Shown here in pieces: positions 11,201 through 21,991 of a stretch of 64,000 nt of DNA. Every line of letters begins with the position of its first letter. Position 1 is the first letter of the stretch. The position numbers and the translations under genes were made by a program. Source of the DNA: Epithemia pelagica (taxonomy: Eukaryota; Protista; Bacillariophyta); NCBI GenBank assembly GCA_946965045.2, contig OX337240.1, positions 2,232,001 to 2,296,000 of the forward strand. Reading direction: 5' to 3'. The notes below the pieces were generated by a model that worked only from the letters and a program-made list of their open reading frames with translations, was not told the origin of the DNA and searched no databases.

Positions 11201-13952
11201 TGCCAACACCTGGCTTCTTTGCCTTGAGTATGTCTGTGACTTATTGAACCATACATCGTCACCCACCCATTCCGGTCGCACTCCTCTTGAGGCTCTCTCC
11301 GGACGCCCACCCGACATTACTCATCTCTTGTTCTTTCCTTTCTGGGATGAGGTTTACTACCGTGTCGACCCCGCTGAACCCAATTCCGGTTCATATCCAT
11401 CTTCTTCTGATGAGAAACTTGGCCACTGGGTTGGTTTTGCTCACAACGTTGGTGATTCTTTTACTTGGAAGATTCTCACCCAGGATAACCAGATAATCTA
11501 CCGTTCTGCTGTTCGCCGTGTTGAATCCACTACACCTAACCTACGTGTGGATCGACCTTCAGGGGAGGATTCGTCTGAGAAGGATGACAATGATAAGCAA
11601 GCTGACACTGTCTTCATTCGCAGTGATAGTGAAGATCCATCCAAACCAATGCCCACGATCGATTTTGACGACATGATAGGACGCACATTCCTATGCAACA
11701 CAGAAGAAAATGGGGAGCGACACCGTGCACGTGTCATCAAACGAGTCATTGATCTTAATGAAGAAGCAACGAAACAGGAAGAACGTGTCAAGTACATCTA
11801 CCGAAAGACAAATTCTGATGTTGATGAGATGATATCCTATAATCAACTCATGGAGTATATCGAACGAGATAACCAAGCTCAAACCTCTGGAGATAATCTT
11901 TTCAGGTTCAGGGACGTCATTGCCCATCAAGGCCCACTGAACACAACTGATCCAGATTACAAGGGGAGCAAATATAATTTGCTTGTTGATTGGGAAACTG
12001 GGGAGACTACCTATGAACCTTTATCACTCATCGCCAATGATGATCCGATCACTGTAGCAATTTATGGAAAGAAACATGATTTACTCAACGAACCTGGATG
12101 GAAGCATTTGAAACGTTATGTCAAAACAAGCAAACGTCTCATTCGAGCAGCCAAACAGTCAAGGATTAAACAAGTTCACCATTCCGTCAAGTATAAGTTT
12201 GGATTCCAAGTACCACGCAATTATGAGGAAGCTGTCGCTCTTGATAAACAACATGGCAACACAAAGTGGCAGGATGCAACAGAATTAGAATTGTCACAGA
12301 TCCAGTCCTACAAGACATTCAAGGATTTTGGGAAAGCCATCTTCATTAAAGGGAAAGTATCCAATGCACCTGAAGGATATCATAAGATACGTGTACATCT
12401 TGTCTTTGACGTAAAACATGATGGACGACATAAAGCAAGACTTGTCGCAGATGGACATCTCACAAAAGAACCTGTTGAGACAATCTATTCAGGTGTTGTT
12501 TCCATTCGCAACCTCCGCATTGCCTTATTCCTGGGTACTTTGAATGACTTGGAAATATGGGGAGCAGATATTGGAAACGCATATCTGGAAGCCTTGACAG
12601 GGGAGAAAATTTTCATTGTCGCAGGACCTGAATTCAAGGAATTAGAAGGTCACATCCTGATTATATACAAGGCACTTTATGGATTGAAGTCATCAGGCGC
12701 ACGCTGGCATGATGTCTTATTCGATGTTTTGACAGACATGGGATTTTCACCAAGCAAAGCAGATCCGGATATCTGGATGAGGAAAGCACCTGGAGAAGAC
12801 TGTTACGAATACATTGCCGTATACGTTGATGACTTAGCCATTATTTCTACTGATCCTGGGAATATCTGCAAGATCCTGAAGGAGAAATACAACTTCAAAC
12901 TCAAAGGAGATGGACCTATTGATTTCCACTTGGGATGTTGTTACACCAAGGATTCTGACGGAACATTAGTAGCAGATCCAAGACGCTACATTGGTAAGAT
13001 GATGGACACTTTCGAACGAATCTTCAAGGAGAAACCCAAGAAAGCCAAAACACCTCTTATTGGTGGAGACCATCCTGAATTGGATGATTCTGAGCTCCTT
13101 GATGAAGAAGGTACTAGCCATTTCCAAACTCTGATTGGACAACTCCAATGGGTGATCACTATTGGTCGTTTCGACGTCTTCACCGCTACAATGACGCTAT
13201 CACGCTTTCGTGCTGCTCCAAGGAAAGGACATCTTGATAGAGCCAAGCGTATCTATGGATATCTTGCACATCTACCAGAAGGCGCAATCAGATTTAGGAT
13301 TGGAGAGCCTGATTATTCAAGTCTTCCTACCCAAGAATTTGATTGGACTCGCACTGTCTATTCGAATGCAAGTGAACGTATTCCTGAAGACTGCCCAACA
13401 CCACTTGGCCGCTATGTTACCACAACTCATTATGTTGATGCCAATCTCATGCATGACATAGTCACTGGTAAATCCGTCACTGCTGTTCTACATTTGTTGA
13501 ACGGAACACCTATTGACTGGTACAGCAAGAGACAGAGCACGGTGGAAACTGCTACCTATGGATCCGAGTTTGTGGCTGCAAGGACAGCAATAGATCAGAT
13601 TACAGAATTACGACATTCTCTCCGCTACCTTGGAGTACCTATCCGAGAGCGAAGTTACATGTACGGAGATAACAGATCTGTTGTGCTCAATGCAACCGTT
13701 CCTCATTCCATACTATCCAAGAGACACCATCTTCTGTCATACCACCGAGTTCGTGAAGCCATCGCAGCAAAGTATGTTGCATTCTACTGGAAAGATGGAA
13801 AGACCAACCCTGCCGATATCCTTAGCAAACATTGGGATTTCGTATCTATTTGGCCCATGCTCAAGCCATTGTTGTTTTGGAAAGGAGAAGTTCAAGACCT
13901 CAACAAATCCAATGATGACAAGGCTGAAACGACGAGTTGTGGGGAGTGTTAG
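8265..13952 (+). CDS. Copia Gag-Pol polyprotein, 1895 aa
   Basis: Protease LIDRGAN; integrase VATD...LISDGG...KAENRY; RT KARLV...YVDD; RNase H YVDANL...GSEF...GDN...NPAD. Confidence 0.97.
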   Translation: MDPQSPKTPTTPKGEDNQDNVSDTDLFDHIIFTVCQFFTKERADYLMKWMKYHGFENITHVISYMQTNTEESMKELTQYKVNKQTHDLQGPTRQQIKLLAYWAIYKTNEIQDELSNSDWMNLTRKEFNTWRINTDFSKGPPSQVPVSPMKSPSSVKSVSTVTAASQSQQDLTAFRKGTKRDATAYEVFKDERYYDSFWRVFKTTAKAQGLSNVLNFKYTPPHDDEYAEELFQEQQVFLYSVLVRIIQTDQGRAYVREHEHDEDVRAVLQKLHSLHTESDLAKREVLRLTNYISNLRLDDTWRGTTRQFLLHFQEQLRLLDNLVTLSDRIPDHTRMTFLMQAVEKVPDLRRVKILDNVVNTKSGAKSLCYQSYFRLLLDAAYDHDQATQSSVHSRRRHVKQHESLYGQDTDADITSQDDMEYHVHNTTATSESPSSSSKVSLPRDLWFKLSEEDRKLIIEYNKMIQAPSSTTPRKVQTHALNIDPEPDPDPNQVASDDDSPGVVTEHPDDSDPVTQFINQAMTTDINHPATDLTSVLSNAKSKTSKKVTFKANMHKQAGHVPRYLFSRKSTLPGNQLIDRGANGGLAGSDMRILSKTGRHITIVGIDNHELTGLPVVTCAAKFETNDGPIVGTFNEYAYYGKGLSIHAPGQFEHFGLAVDERSVKVDGKQRITTLDGRAIPLHIKDGLAYIHSLGIPSDDDMNTLPQIIFTSPDTWDPGVLDHSYSPTPSDNDADWKHVKTDGSMSNHPYDNYGEYTDRVVCNLNLLLDLPYDHGPDDAPFFSIYADAEGNDPTLHASVHRRYQEAYDWKKFRPFFGWQSEDVIADTFKHTTRNGSITFDHDTLKKHFKARNPVLNIPRRHEPVATDSVFSDTPAVDHGGKVAQIFVGRDTLVTDIYGIKSTKQFVNTLQDNIRFRGAMETLISDGGSSLISQKVKDILRTLLIGEYRSEPYHQHQNKAENRYQTVKRMTNALMNATGCPANTWLLCLEYVCDLLNHTSSPTHSGRTPLEALSGRPPDITHLLFFPFWDEVYYRVDPAEPNSGSYPSSSDEKLGHWVGFAHNVGDSFTWKILTQDNQIIYRSAVRRVESTTPNLRVDRPSGEDSSEKDDNDKQADTVFIRSDSEDPSKPMPTIDFDDMIGRTFLCNTEENGERHRARVIKRVIDLNEEATKQEERVKYIYRKTNSDVDEMISYNQLMEYIERDNQAQTSGDNLFRFRDVIAHQGPLNTTDPDYKGSKYNLLVDWETGETTYEPLSLIANDDPITVAIYGKKHDLLNEPGWKHLKRYVKTSKRLIRAAKQSRIKQVHHSVKYKFGFQVPRNYEEAVALDKQHGNTKWQDATELELSQIQSYKTFKDFGKAIFIKGKVSNAPEGYHKIRVHLVFDVKHDGRHKARLVADGHLTKEPVETIYSGVVSIRNLRIALFLGTLNDLEIWGADIGNAYLEALTGEKIFIVAGPEFKELEGHILIIYKALYGLKSSGARWHDVLFDVLTDMGFSPSKADPDIWMRKAPGEDCYEYIAVYVDDLAIISTDPGNICKILKEKYNFKLKGDGPIDFHLGCCYTKDSDGTLVADPRRYIGKMMDTFERIFKEKPKKAKTPLIGGDHPELDDSELLDEEGTSHFQTLIGQLQWVITIGRFDVFTATMTLSRFRAAPRKGHLDRAKRIYGYLAHLPEGAIRFRIGEPDYSSLPTQEFDWTRTVYSNASERIPEDCPTPLGRYVTTTHYVDANLMHDIVTGKSVTAVLHLLNGTPIDWYSKRQSTVETATYGSEFVAARTAIDQITELRHSLRYLGVPIRERSYMYGDNRSVVLNATVPHSILSKRHHLLSYHRVREAIAAKYVAFYWKDGKTNPADILSKHWDFVSIWPMLKPLLFWKGEVQDLNKSNDDKAETTSCGEC

Positions 13953-14729
13953 AATTCTCACCGTCTATGGTGGTTAGATTCTACATCTCATCGATTCCCC
14001 ATGTCACATAGCCTCGTGCTATCGCATCATGCCATCTAGCTTCGAGCTATGTTCCCTAGCTTCGCGCTATATCGACCTATATTTCTTCGCAAATCATGAA
14101 AAGTGAGAATAGATTGACGAACTCACTCTCAAGACTAAACTGGGTCGTGCGGTATTACAACGGACATAAATTTGGCCGTTGCTCGGACATTATACTAACG
14201 CCCTAAGCGTACGCGCCCGAAATCATCGAGCGCGCCCAAGCGACATCCGAGCGCTGTCGGCATCTATCCGACCCAACGGTCTAAGTATCCCAAGCACGAC
14301 ACACGATCACGCGAGACCATATTTCCATTCCCACAATCTCCAAATTGTCAACAAGCTGCGCGCCATGAAAACAACTATGCCAACCCAAAGCAAGAGCTGT
14401 TGACCCTGTATATGTTATCCATCCACATATACATGTCATATACATCACATGAATCAACTCCAACTATTCCAAACCTGTTGCCGCCAAGAACCTATGACAC
14501 ATGACCCTTGGCAGGACCGAACATTTCACGTAGACCTATCGTAGTAATCAACACACAATCTAACAATATCACCATTTATCACATCTTCTTTTGTGTCCCA
14601 ACTATCCTTCTGATAGACTTCGACTTGCTTGCTTCTCTGACCCTGAGAAGCTTGTATCGGTTGGTGACCTACCTGATTGTCTGCTCTACCGAGCATCAAT
14701 GTCCCTACGATTCAGAAAGAATTGTAACA
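13947..14729 (+). repeat. 3' LTR
   Basis: Near-identical copy of 6346-7128. Confidence 0.97.
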
Positions 14730-17199
14730 TAAATAGTGCTCTGTCCCTGCTGGAATTGGAGCTTCCGACCATCTTGTAGATTATCGAACACACACAACAG
14801 ATGTGTCACACGTCGAATTGCTAGCTTTGTTCGTTGGTCATAGGATGAAAGCCACTCTTCTACCCTGCGTTCCATCGTTCGTTTTGAAACAGAGATTCCT
14901 AGCCACACAGGAATCTGTGTCGCTAGGAGTGGATGTCCACAAGCATACTGAGCGAGGGAGAAGACCATACCAAAAGGGACCAACCGATGATTGTTTGTCT
15001 TTCGAAGCTTCATGACAAATTGGAAGAACACGTCCAATGTGAGACGTGGACGCATGAAAATTTGCTCGTTTTCCGTAAGTTCCTCTTCGAGCTTCTTCGT
15101 GTAGCCACTAATCCCCATTAGAGTGTTGAATTGTTGGGGAAGCATTGTCTCGAAGTCCTTTGCAAATTGCCGAAGTTCATATTCCGATAGGAACTTTTCA
15201 AATACATTATTGAATCGTCCAAAACAATCTTCAAGGCGCCGCATAACCCTCTTGTCAATGACTTCGCAAAAGGGCTGGACCGTAGATGGTTCTATGAGGG
15301 GCGGAGGAGGAATCGTCGTGGCGTGGTCTCGAAGCTGTTTAAGCTCTTCGTTGTGTACAACCTTTTGCTGGGCAGCGAGGGCATTTGATTGTAGGTGTTG
15401 CCAGACACCTCATAATTTTGCGAGCATAAATCGATCCCCTGTTGTTTCTTGCACGAGCCTATGAAGAAGAGTGGACCGATTGTCCCCTGCGTCTTTCAAA
15501 GCATTGAAAGTTGCAAGCCAGGGCCGTTCGGGATGGAAGTCGGCTTGGACAAATATGGCTTGGGGGTAACGAAACAACTCAAACCAGGAGAGATGTTCCT
15601 CAATACAATCAGAGGGGGGGGGAGGAGACGCTGAAATCCATCGACCCAAATATGGGCAATTTCAGGAAGATGCCATGCTGTTGTGTCTCAGACATGGCGG
15701 CGATAACGTCGGGAATGGGCCGGAAACCAGTTACCGCGTCTTTATCTGGGTTCCCATTGACCCAACCAAGTACTTGCTTATAAAGACGTCCCTGGCAACG
15801 AACGGTAGGCACGTTGTCCGATTGCAACGTTTGTTCCCATGCATCGAGCCATTTCTTGGAGTACCTTGGTGGTAGAAGCTCGTCATGAAAGAATAGGGCA
15901 ACTGGAGTCCCATCCTTGAGGAACCAAATGTCTTCGATGAGAAGGGTTGTTAACGAGAAAGACGTCACAAGATGCAATGACGAGTTGGATTGTTGTGGTG
16001 GCGGCTTCTGTGATGAATTGCCATCATCCTCGATTTCATGTTGCTTGCGTTTGTTGTTTTGTTGCTTATTGTAGCGTCGTTCTTTCGACTTCCCAGTTGG
16101 AGAACGGGCAACACCATTTGTGAAATTCTTGGCTCGTCTCATGAGTTGAGCACAATTGCCAGATGTCAATGTAAGGGTCTTTTTGCTGCCCTGGTGTTGT
16201 GGTGTCACAACAATCAACGGTACATTTCCAAGAGACGGCCCAGGAACTTTACAAGCAAGGTGTTCGATCCGGCGTAGGGGTAGGAGGAAGGTACCCTCGG
16301 TGATCAGCCGCGCTCCAACCGGTTGGGCTCGACTTGTACCGGACGCGGAGGAAGACCCCGTTGTAGACAACACACCAGCAGTCGTGGCATCGTGGGAGGC
16401 ATTGGTGCCAGCAAGGTCAGAGTCTGGTATATCAGAATCCTGAGGTGGAGTCGTATCATCAGGGTTGGTGGTTGTTTCTCGGTTGGTGGTTGACATACTG
16501 GTGCTTGCTTGATCCTCGATTGCAGATAACAGGTTGGTCGATTTGGGAGGGGACGTCTGTGTACCAAATCGTACCTGGCACAAGTTGAAGGAGAAGTTGA
16601 AGGAGGTGGACGACATCATGTTGCCATGGAGGGAAGGTTGGGCGCTTTGCTGGGGGTTGGAGTGTGCTTGTCGTCGGTTTGTATTGCCAGAAGGAGGTGA
16701 CAAGGGGGACGCAGTAGGTAAAGAAGGATGGGGAATCGGGACAAGGGATGGAGGAGCGGCTGTCCGGGTGGAGGGGAGCGTCGAAAGGTCACTTGCAATT
16801 AAGGTGGAGGGCTCCGATGTATTGGTGTTGTTGTTGTTGTTGTTCAACTGTGAGACTGTGGTTACCGGAGGCGGTTCGGCTGCAGCGCTAGCAGATGACA
16901 TGTCTTGAATGCAGGGAGGGGAACTGGTAGGATGCGACGAAGGATCAGGGACGGTATCCTGTATTGTCGAGACTGCTGGTTGGTTTTTGGCGAGGCTTGG
17001 TTGACCGTGCTGAGTTTTGCTTGTGTTGAGCTGTTCAGCACTCGGCTTGCGGTCATCCGCTTGCCCCAAAAGCTCATGAATCTCATGTTGAGAACGGCGG
17101 TGGCGTTTATGCGACGACGACGACATGGAGGAAGGCATATCAGGGAGCGGCACCTCCACTGCCGTGATAAATGAGGTGAGATTGTGTGTGTGGTTTGGA

Positions 17200-17287
17200 G
17201 TTTTGTCTCAAAGTTGGGAGTTTCAGGACGCGCCGTGGGGGTGAGAAAGAGAATTCACATCGAAATTTCCACCCCCGCTGGGGGGTA
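17200..17287 (-). repeat. Right terminal inverted repeat of the AcademH-like element
   Basis: Reverse complement shares four exact blocks (16, 8, 20 and 18 bp) with 1289-1386. Confidence 0.95.
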
Positions 17288-17859
17288 AGTATAGGATTCT
17301 GTGTACATGTCGACTGGTGAACTCATGTCCATCTGGTTCTGATGTTCCCCTTGGTCGCCTTATCTGGAATCTATCATGTCCCTGTGCATGCTTGAATGGT
17401 TAGCTCTTCTAGGAGGGAAATAGCTCCACAACCTTCCTACTCTGCCCCATTAAACAAACCAACAAAGCAACGAATAGAGCTCTCTATTGTGTCCAATGAC
17501 GCCATCTTCAATCTACCAGCATGGTAGAAACACAAAACTTTGCATCCCTCTACTAGCTGGAGAGGAAACCGCTCTCTCTAGAAGTAATGGATCACACGAT
17601 TTGAGAACCGATTCCAAAGCTTCGAACCAGTCTACGAGTTTCGATACCATGTTGGTCCAAATTTAATTTCGGCGCCAGTGGGCCACTGCTTCACATTTGC
17701 ACTCCAACCTGATGCTCCAGTTCTGCTTCTCCATTTGATTAAGAGAATGTCATACATATCGTTCTTTGATCCAGTCACTGACGATTGCCCAACAATGAAA
17801 AAATGGCGTTTCCATCAGACTGTCCTTTACAAAACTTTGAGTGGGAGAGCTCAACATGT

Positions 17860-19419
17860 TTAAAGATCGGGGTAACGGTCTGCATTTTGTTGACGTTCCT
17901 CCCATTCTTGATACATGGACCCATCGACATTGAGAGTCAGGTGTTGACCGGAGAACCACATTGCATTGGGATTCGAATCAGACCCTTTGGTGGTAGTCTG
18001 GGTAGATGATCCACCCAGTTGTTGTCTTACATGAGAGGAATACTCCAAAGCATTTAAATAGGTGTCGGCATGTGCATTGGATACCAACAAGGTAAACGAA
18101 TGGACTCCAAACGTATCAGCAAGAGTCGTGAGACTCTTGTGGGCCAATCGATACAAGTAAGCTCGCAGGGACACGCCATTTTCGGAGCGCCTGTCGCTGC
18201 TACTTCGTGGATCCGTGGATGACTCGTCTTCCATACCTTTGGCGTCACGTTGCGAGGACGTCATTCGTTGTTTCTTTTTGGCAATCCGTTCTCCCAGCAG
18301 CATGCGACCAGAGAGCCACGGTACTGACAACCAAGAAGCGTACCACGACAATTTTGTGGGTCTGTGGGTCAAGGGATGTATGTTGTCAATGGACAAGAAG
18401 CCGACCAAAATAAAACGTGTTCCTTCTGTAATGGGAAGTCCTTTGTGTCGTATCGAGGCCGGATGGACAATGACATTGCCGACTCGGCCCGGATGAACCG
18501 TGACAAACCCATAACTCGTATCGTCCTGGTTGACTTGACTGTATCTCGTTTTCCAGAATCGCGTTCCTCCACCTTCAAAGTCATCATTCAAGAGGACATT
18601 GAAACTTATATCGTTCGCATCGGTATGGGCATGCAATCGATCCTGAATGCCCACATCGTACCGGACCACAAACAAGTCATTGGCACGAATACTTTGAATG
18701 GGAATGCCATAGATGCGACTGAGTAATGGTGCCAATCGACGATTCAAACGTTCCGCCAACCAGTGTCGATCCTCGTGTGTAAAGGGATCGGTCACCAAAT
18801 TCAAATCGGTGGTGGCGTAGGAACTGTGACGAGATTTTTGCCAGCCGTGCGGCTCCTCAACCAATTGTTGATAGTCTTTTCTTTTTGTGATGGTAGTTTC
18901 ATATCCAACGCTATCACTGGCATTGTTCAAGGCCATTGTGGCAGTGTCCACATTCCGTTGGGCAGCAGCAAAGGCTCTCACTAACAAGTCGTCACATTCC
19001 TGAGAAGTCAACAGTGGAGCTTCAAATACACCACGAGCTAGCAGAGCATTGTTCGGTGACTCGACCATGAGAACGTATCCGATCGATACCAAGGTTCCCA
19101 CCACAACAAAAAGGATTAAACTTCGATAGGAAGAACCAGACGACGGTCTTGATTGCCTTGCACGGGTCTTTCGAACTTGATGTGCTGGTTTGACGGCCTT
19201 GTTCTTTGCAGGACTGTTTTGCATCTCTTGCGCTTGTGCGTTCCCATATGCCCTGGTAATCGCACGAACACCAAAACGAGGAACGATAATCCACCAGAAT
19301 AAAATCACAAGATAGAATTTCATCGATAACATGTTCCTCTCGTTTTCGTGATTGGGCAACGGAACCTGCAAGAGCCGTTCGCCTGGAAAATTGGACCATG
19401 GATCGCTGGACCTCTCCAT
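17860..19419 (-). CDS. 2OG-Fe(II) oxygenase (PLOD/P4H-like) membrane-anchored protein, paralog 2
   Basis: HTD...FEGGGTRF...H...HKGLPITEGTRFILVGF, plus two N-terminal hydrophobic segments. First ATG is 19419. Confidence 0.85.
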   Translation of the reverse strand: MERSSDPWSNFPGERLLQVPLPNHENERNMLSMKFYLVILFWWIIVPRFGVRAITRAYGNAQAQEMQNSPAKNKAVKPAHQVRKTRARQSRPSSGSSYRSLILFVVVGTLVSIGYVLMVESPNNALLARGVFEAPLLTSQECDDLLVRAFAAAQRNVDTATMALNNASDSVGYETTITKRKDYQQLVEEPHGWQKSRHSSYATTDLNLVTDPFTHEDRHWLAERLNRRLAPLLSRIYGIPIQSIRANDLFVVRYDVGIQDRLHAHTDANDISFNVLLNDDFEGGGTRFWKTRYSQVNQDDTSYGFVTVHPGRVGNVIVHPASIRHKGLPITEGTRFILVGFLSIDNIHPLTHRPTKLSWYASWLSVPWLSGRMLLGERIAKKKQRMTSSQRDAKGMEDESSTDPRSSSDRRSENGVSLRAYLYRLAHKSLTTLADTFGVHSFTLLVSNAHADTYLNALEYSSHVRQQLGGSSTQTTTKGSDSNPNAMWFSGQHLTLNVDGSMYQEWEERQQNADRYPDL

Positions 19420-20014
19420 CGTAGTAGAATGATGCAATACGTGAAGCTATTGGGTCAATGATATGAACGACAGCAATCCGCAATGCATTCTCGCATAGAT
19501 CCTTCAGATATGCGCTGCACGTCTCGAAGATCTCAGGATTTTTTCGTTCGCCGCATTTTTCCGAACCTGAAAAATGGAAAAACGGAAAATTATGTGCCAA
19601 AGATTGCAATCAGGCAACAAAGCAGGATAGTGCATGGTGACTCTCTATCTAAGATGTGTTTGGGTGGAAGGGTTCGTTGTATGATCTTGATTGAAATTGG
19701 CCACGGCATCATCATTCTTTTTCTCAGTCATCATTGCATGAGTTCACAGCCTCTTCCTCCTCTTGTCGTGTGTGTACACTGGATCTACTACCTTGGTAGT
19801 GTGGATTCATCGCTGCGAACTTTAGTCTACCACGACTTCATCATCAGGTAGTGGATCGAAGAGCTTTAGAAGGGGAAAGCTCAATGGGGGTGGCAGTGCT
19901 TTTCCAATGAGGTTCGAATTTCAGTCTAGGTTGCAAATGTATCATGTCCTTCTTCTACTATGTATAGGATTACGTTTTTAGATTCGCAGCCAACGGACTG
20001 CGGCCCAAGCGGTT

Positions 20015-21308
20015 TCACCCGTGGGACTTGGATATACAATCGCCAGCAACAGCGGCCCAAGCGATAACATCGTGGGACTTGAAAGAGACATACAGGTTTA
20101 AACCCATACGGCCCATCGGGAACAGCCCGTGGGACTTGCACAAACATAGAAAACGCTCCCCAGAGCTAGAGGAGCGGCCCAAGAACAAGCCAAACAAGAA
20201 CATGTTGGCTTGGGGACTTAAGTAAGGATTGTATGATCCTTTCGTGGTAGGACGATTGAGGGAAATGGCGGCGGCCGCAGCGGCTGCAGCTGCAGCTGCT
20301 GCCGCAGCTTCAGCCATTCGCTTACGTGCACCACACGTGCAGTTGCAGCAGCATCGAAAACCCAACGGCATTTGCCCTCCTGCAAGCTGACTTCTAGCGG
20401 CCTGGGCAGAAAGATCAAGGTTCCACAAGTGAAAAGGACTTCCTTCAAAGAAAGCCAGGCTTCCATCCAGATCCACATCGGGAATCGAAAAATTCCACGA
20501 AGAATCATCCGAAACCATGGATGCATTCGCAGTGTTGTTTGTCAACTGAGGGTTTGTATGAAATCTGGTCGGAATGTCTCCCAGGTGCGGCGGAAGAGAA
20601 GATTCATGCATTTGCTTTGTACTGGTGGAAGGGACCAGAATGTTACAGCCAACTAAACTGTTTGGATGGTCTTGCAATGACAATGTAGCCAACGTAGTAT
20701 CGGGCACATTACGACGCAATTCCTCAGGTACCGAAGACTCAAAATGGTCCTTCCAAGCCGGGTGGTAAAAGTCATGATCCTCAACCAAGGGCTTGTTAAG
20801 GTGTTTGTTGTTCTTGATCTTGCGACGGATCATGTTGCGAACCAATGAGCGGTGTCCACGTACAAAGCATAGATGAAAGTAGGCTCCTTTATCCTTCCCA
20901 TGAGCGAAGCGAGAAAAGCCATAAATGTTCAATTGTCGTTGGAAGGATGCATATTTTGTTTGATTGAAGAATCTGCAGTTGAACATAAGAAAATGAGTAT
21001 ACGTTTCTGAAGAAAAGCTCCGAGCACATGGCCACGTACCTTGGCATGATGAGCTCCACAAACTTTTTCGGTTGATACACCGTAAAGGAACGACCATGTG
21101 CTTGCCACGAGACAATACTCTGCAAGCCTTCCTTCTCAACCGCCTCCAAACATTCATGCAGACGCCACGGAAAAGGCCATGCCACACCACCTTTGGCGAT
21201 TGATTTGCCATCGTGCCCTCCATCCATTCCGGTTTCCATGTTGTACCGAGGAAGGTCTTCGAGGCTTGGCGAAGAACCAGGAGAAGTAAGTTCTTCAAGA
21301 GGAGTCAT
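20015..21308 (-). CDS. Heat shock transcription factor (HSF DNA-binding domain), 2 exons (intron 20973-21039), poly-Ala tract
   Basis: FPWRLHECL...IVSWQAHGRSF...MPR|FFNQTKYASFQRQLNIYGF...YFH...FVRG, with a GT...CAG intron restoring the frame. Confidence 0.88.
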
Positions 21309-21991
21309 TGTGGAGAAGTAGGTGGTGGTGTGGCCAAGGCTTGACTTCGGTGGGTCTTTCGTCGATTGTTGTTTCGATCTCGATTTTATGATGAAGATAC
21401 CGAGACAAAAGAAGATCAGCGCATGGCAACTGAGATTTACGCGAGCAAGGCATTCTCACCGTAGCTTTTGGTACATTTTCAACGTCCGAAGTCGGATACA
21501 CTTCCCACAGGCAAGTCTGGCGCTGCGACCGGTTGCATCTCAAAGATTCCAATTCTCCATGTACAGAAAAGTTCATAGTGAAGACTAGCACTCAGTACCG
21601 GATATTAAATAAAAATATATCGTTTCCGAAGAAGACACTCAAAAATAAGAAGAGAGCGTTCTCAAAGTGTTCCGAAGACATATTCCATTCGTGCATATTT
21701 AATTCCCCCGTTACAGTCCTGAAGTCAGTACAAGAAGAGGGACAGCAATCTAATCACTGACATGTCTTTCAACTGTCAACTGTCAACTGTCAAGTTCTTC
21801 ACGGACATGACCCATAGTGGAGGTAGCAAGTAGCGGGAGAGGAGTCGAACAAGGATAGTCCCTACGTAGGAGCTGAGGTAACGCCGACGACATACTGGTG
21901 CCCTTCAGAATCGGCTGGGAGGAGTGGGAAAGCCCATTAGGGACATACTTTCGGCAAAGCACAATCTATATTCTTTGGTATGGGTGTGTCA

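Larger units (their letters stand above)
6346..14729 (+). mobile_element. Full-length Ty1/copia LTR retrotransposon (diatom CoDi-like), 8384 bp
   Basis: TG...CA LTRs of 783 bp. 5-bp TSD TAAAT at 6341-6345 and 14730-14734. Uninterrupted gag-pol with PR-IN-RT-RH order. Purine-rich GGGGAG immediately before the 3' LTR. Confidence 0.97.
3634..17159 (-). pseudogene. Academ-type (DUF6589-like) transposase, about 1711 aa when reconstructed, disrupted by copia insertion, one TGA and one +1 frameshift
   Basis: Removing 6346-14734 joins ...QQGQSTIY|TKVTARF... in frame. In-frame TGA at 15410-15412 with open frame on both sides. C9 homopolymer at 15614-15622; C8 would fuse the 516-aa ORF. Catalytic-like motifs VFDNLQ, LVGDGLS, NGDLH, ALDQIME. 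Acidic C-terminal tail. Confidence 0.8.
1289..17287. mobile_element. AcademH-like DNA transposon (helicase + transposase), 7.6 kb without the nested copia
   Basis: Both termini read TACCCCCCAGCGGGGG in inverted orientation. Direct repeat AGTATAGGAT at 1279-1288 and 17288-17297. Encodes a RecQ-like SF2 helicase and a convergent DN...GD...GDLH...E transposase. This architecture and a 9-10 bp TSD are described for AcademH. Confidence 0.85.
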
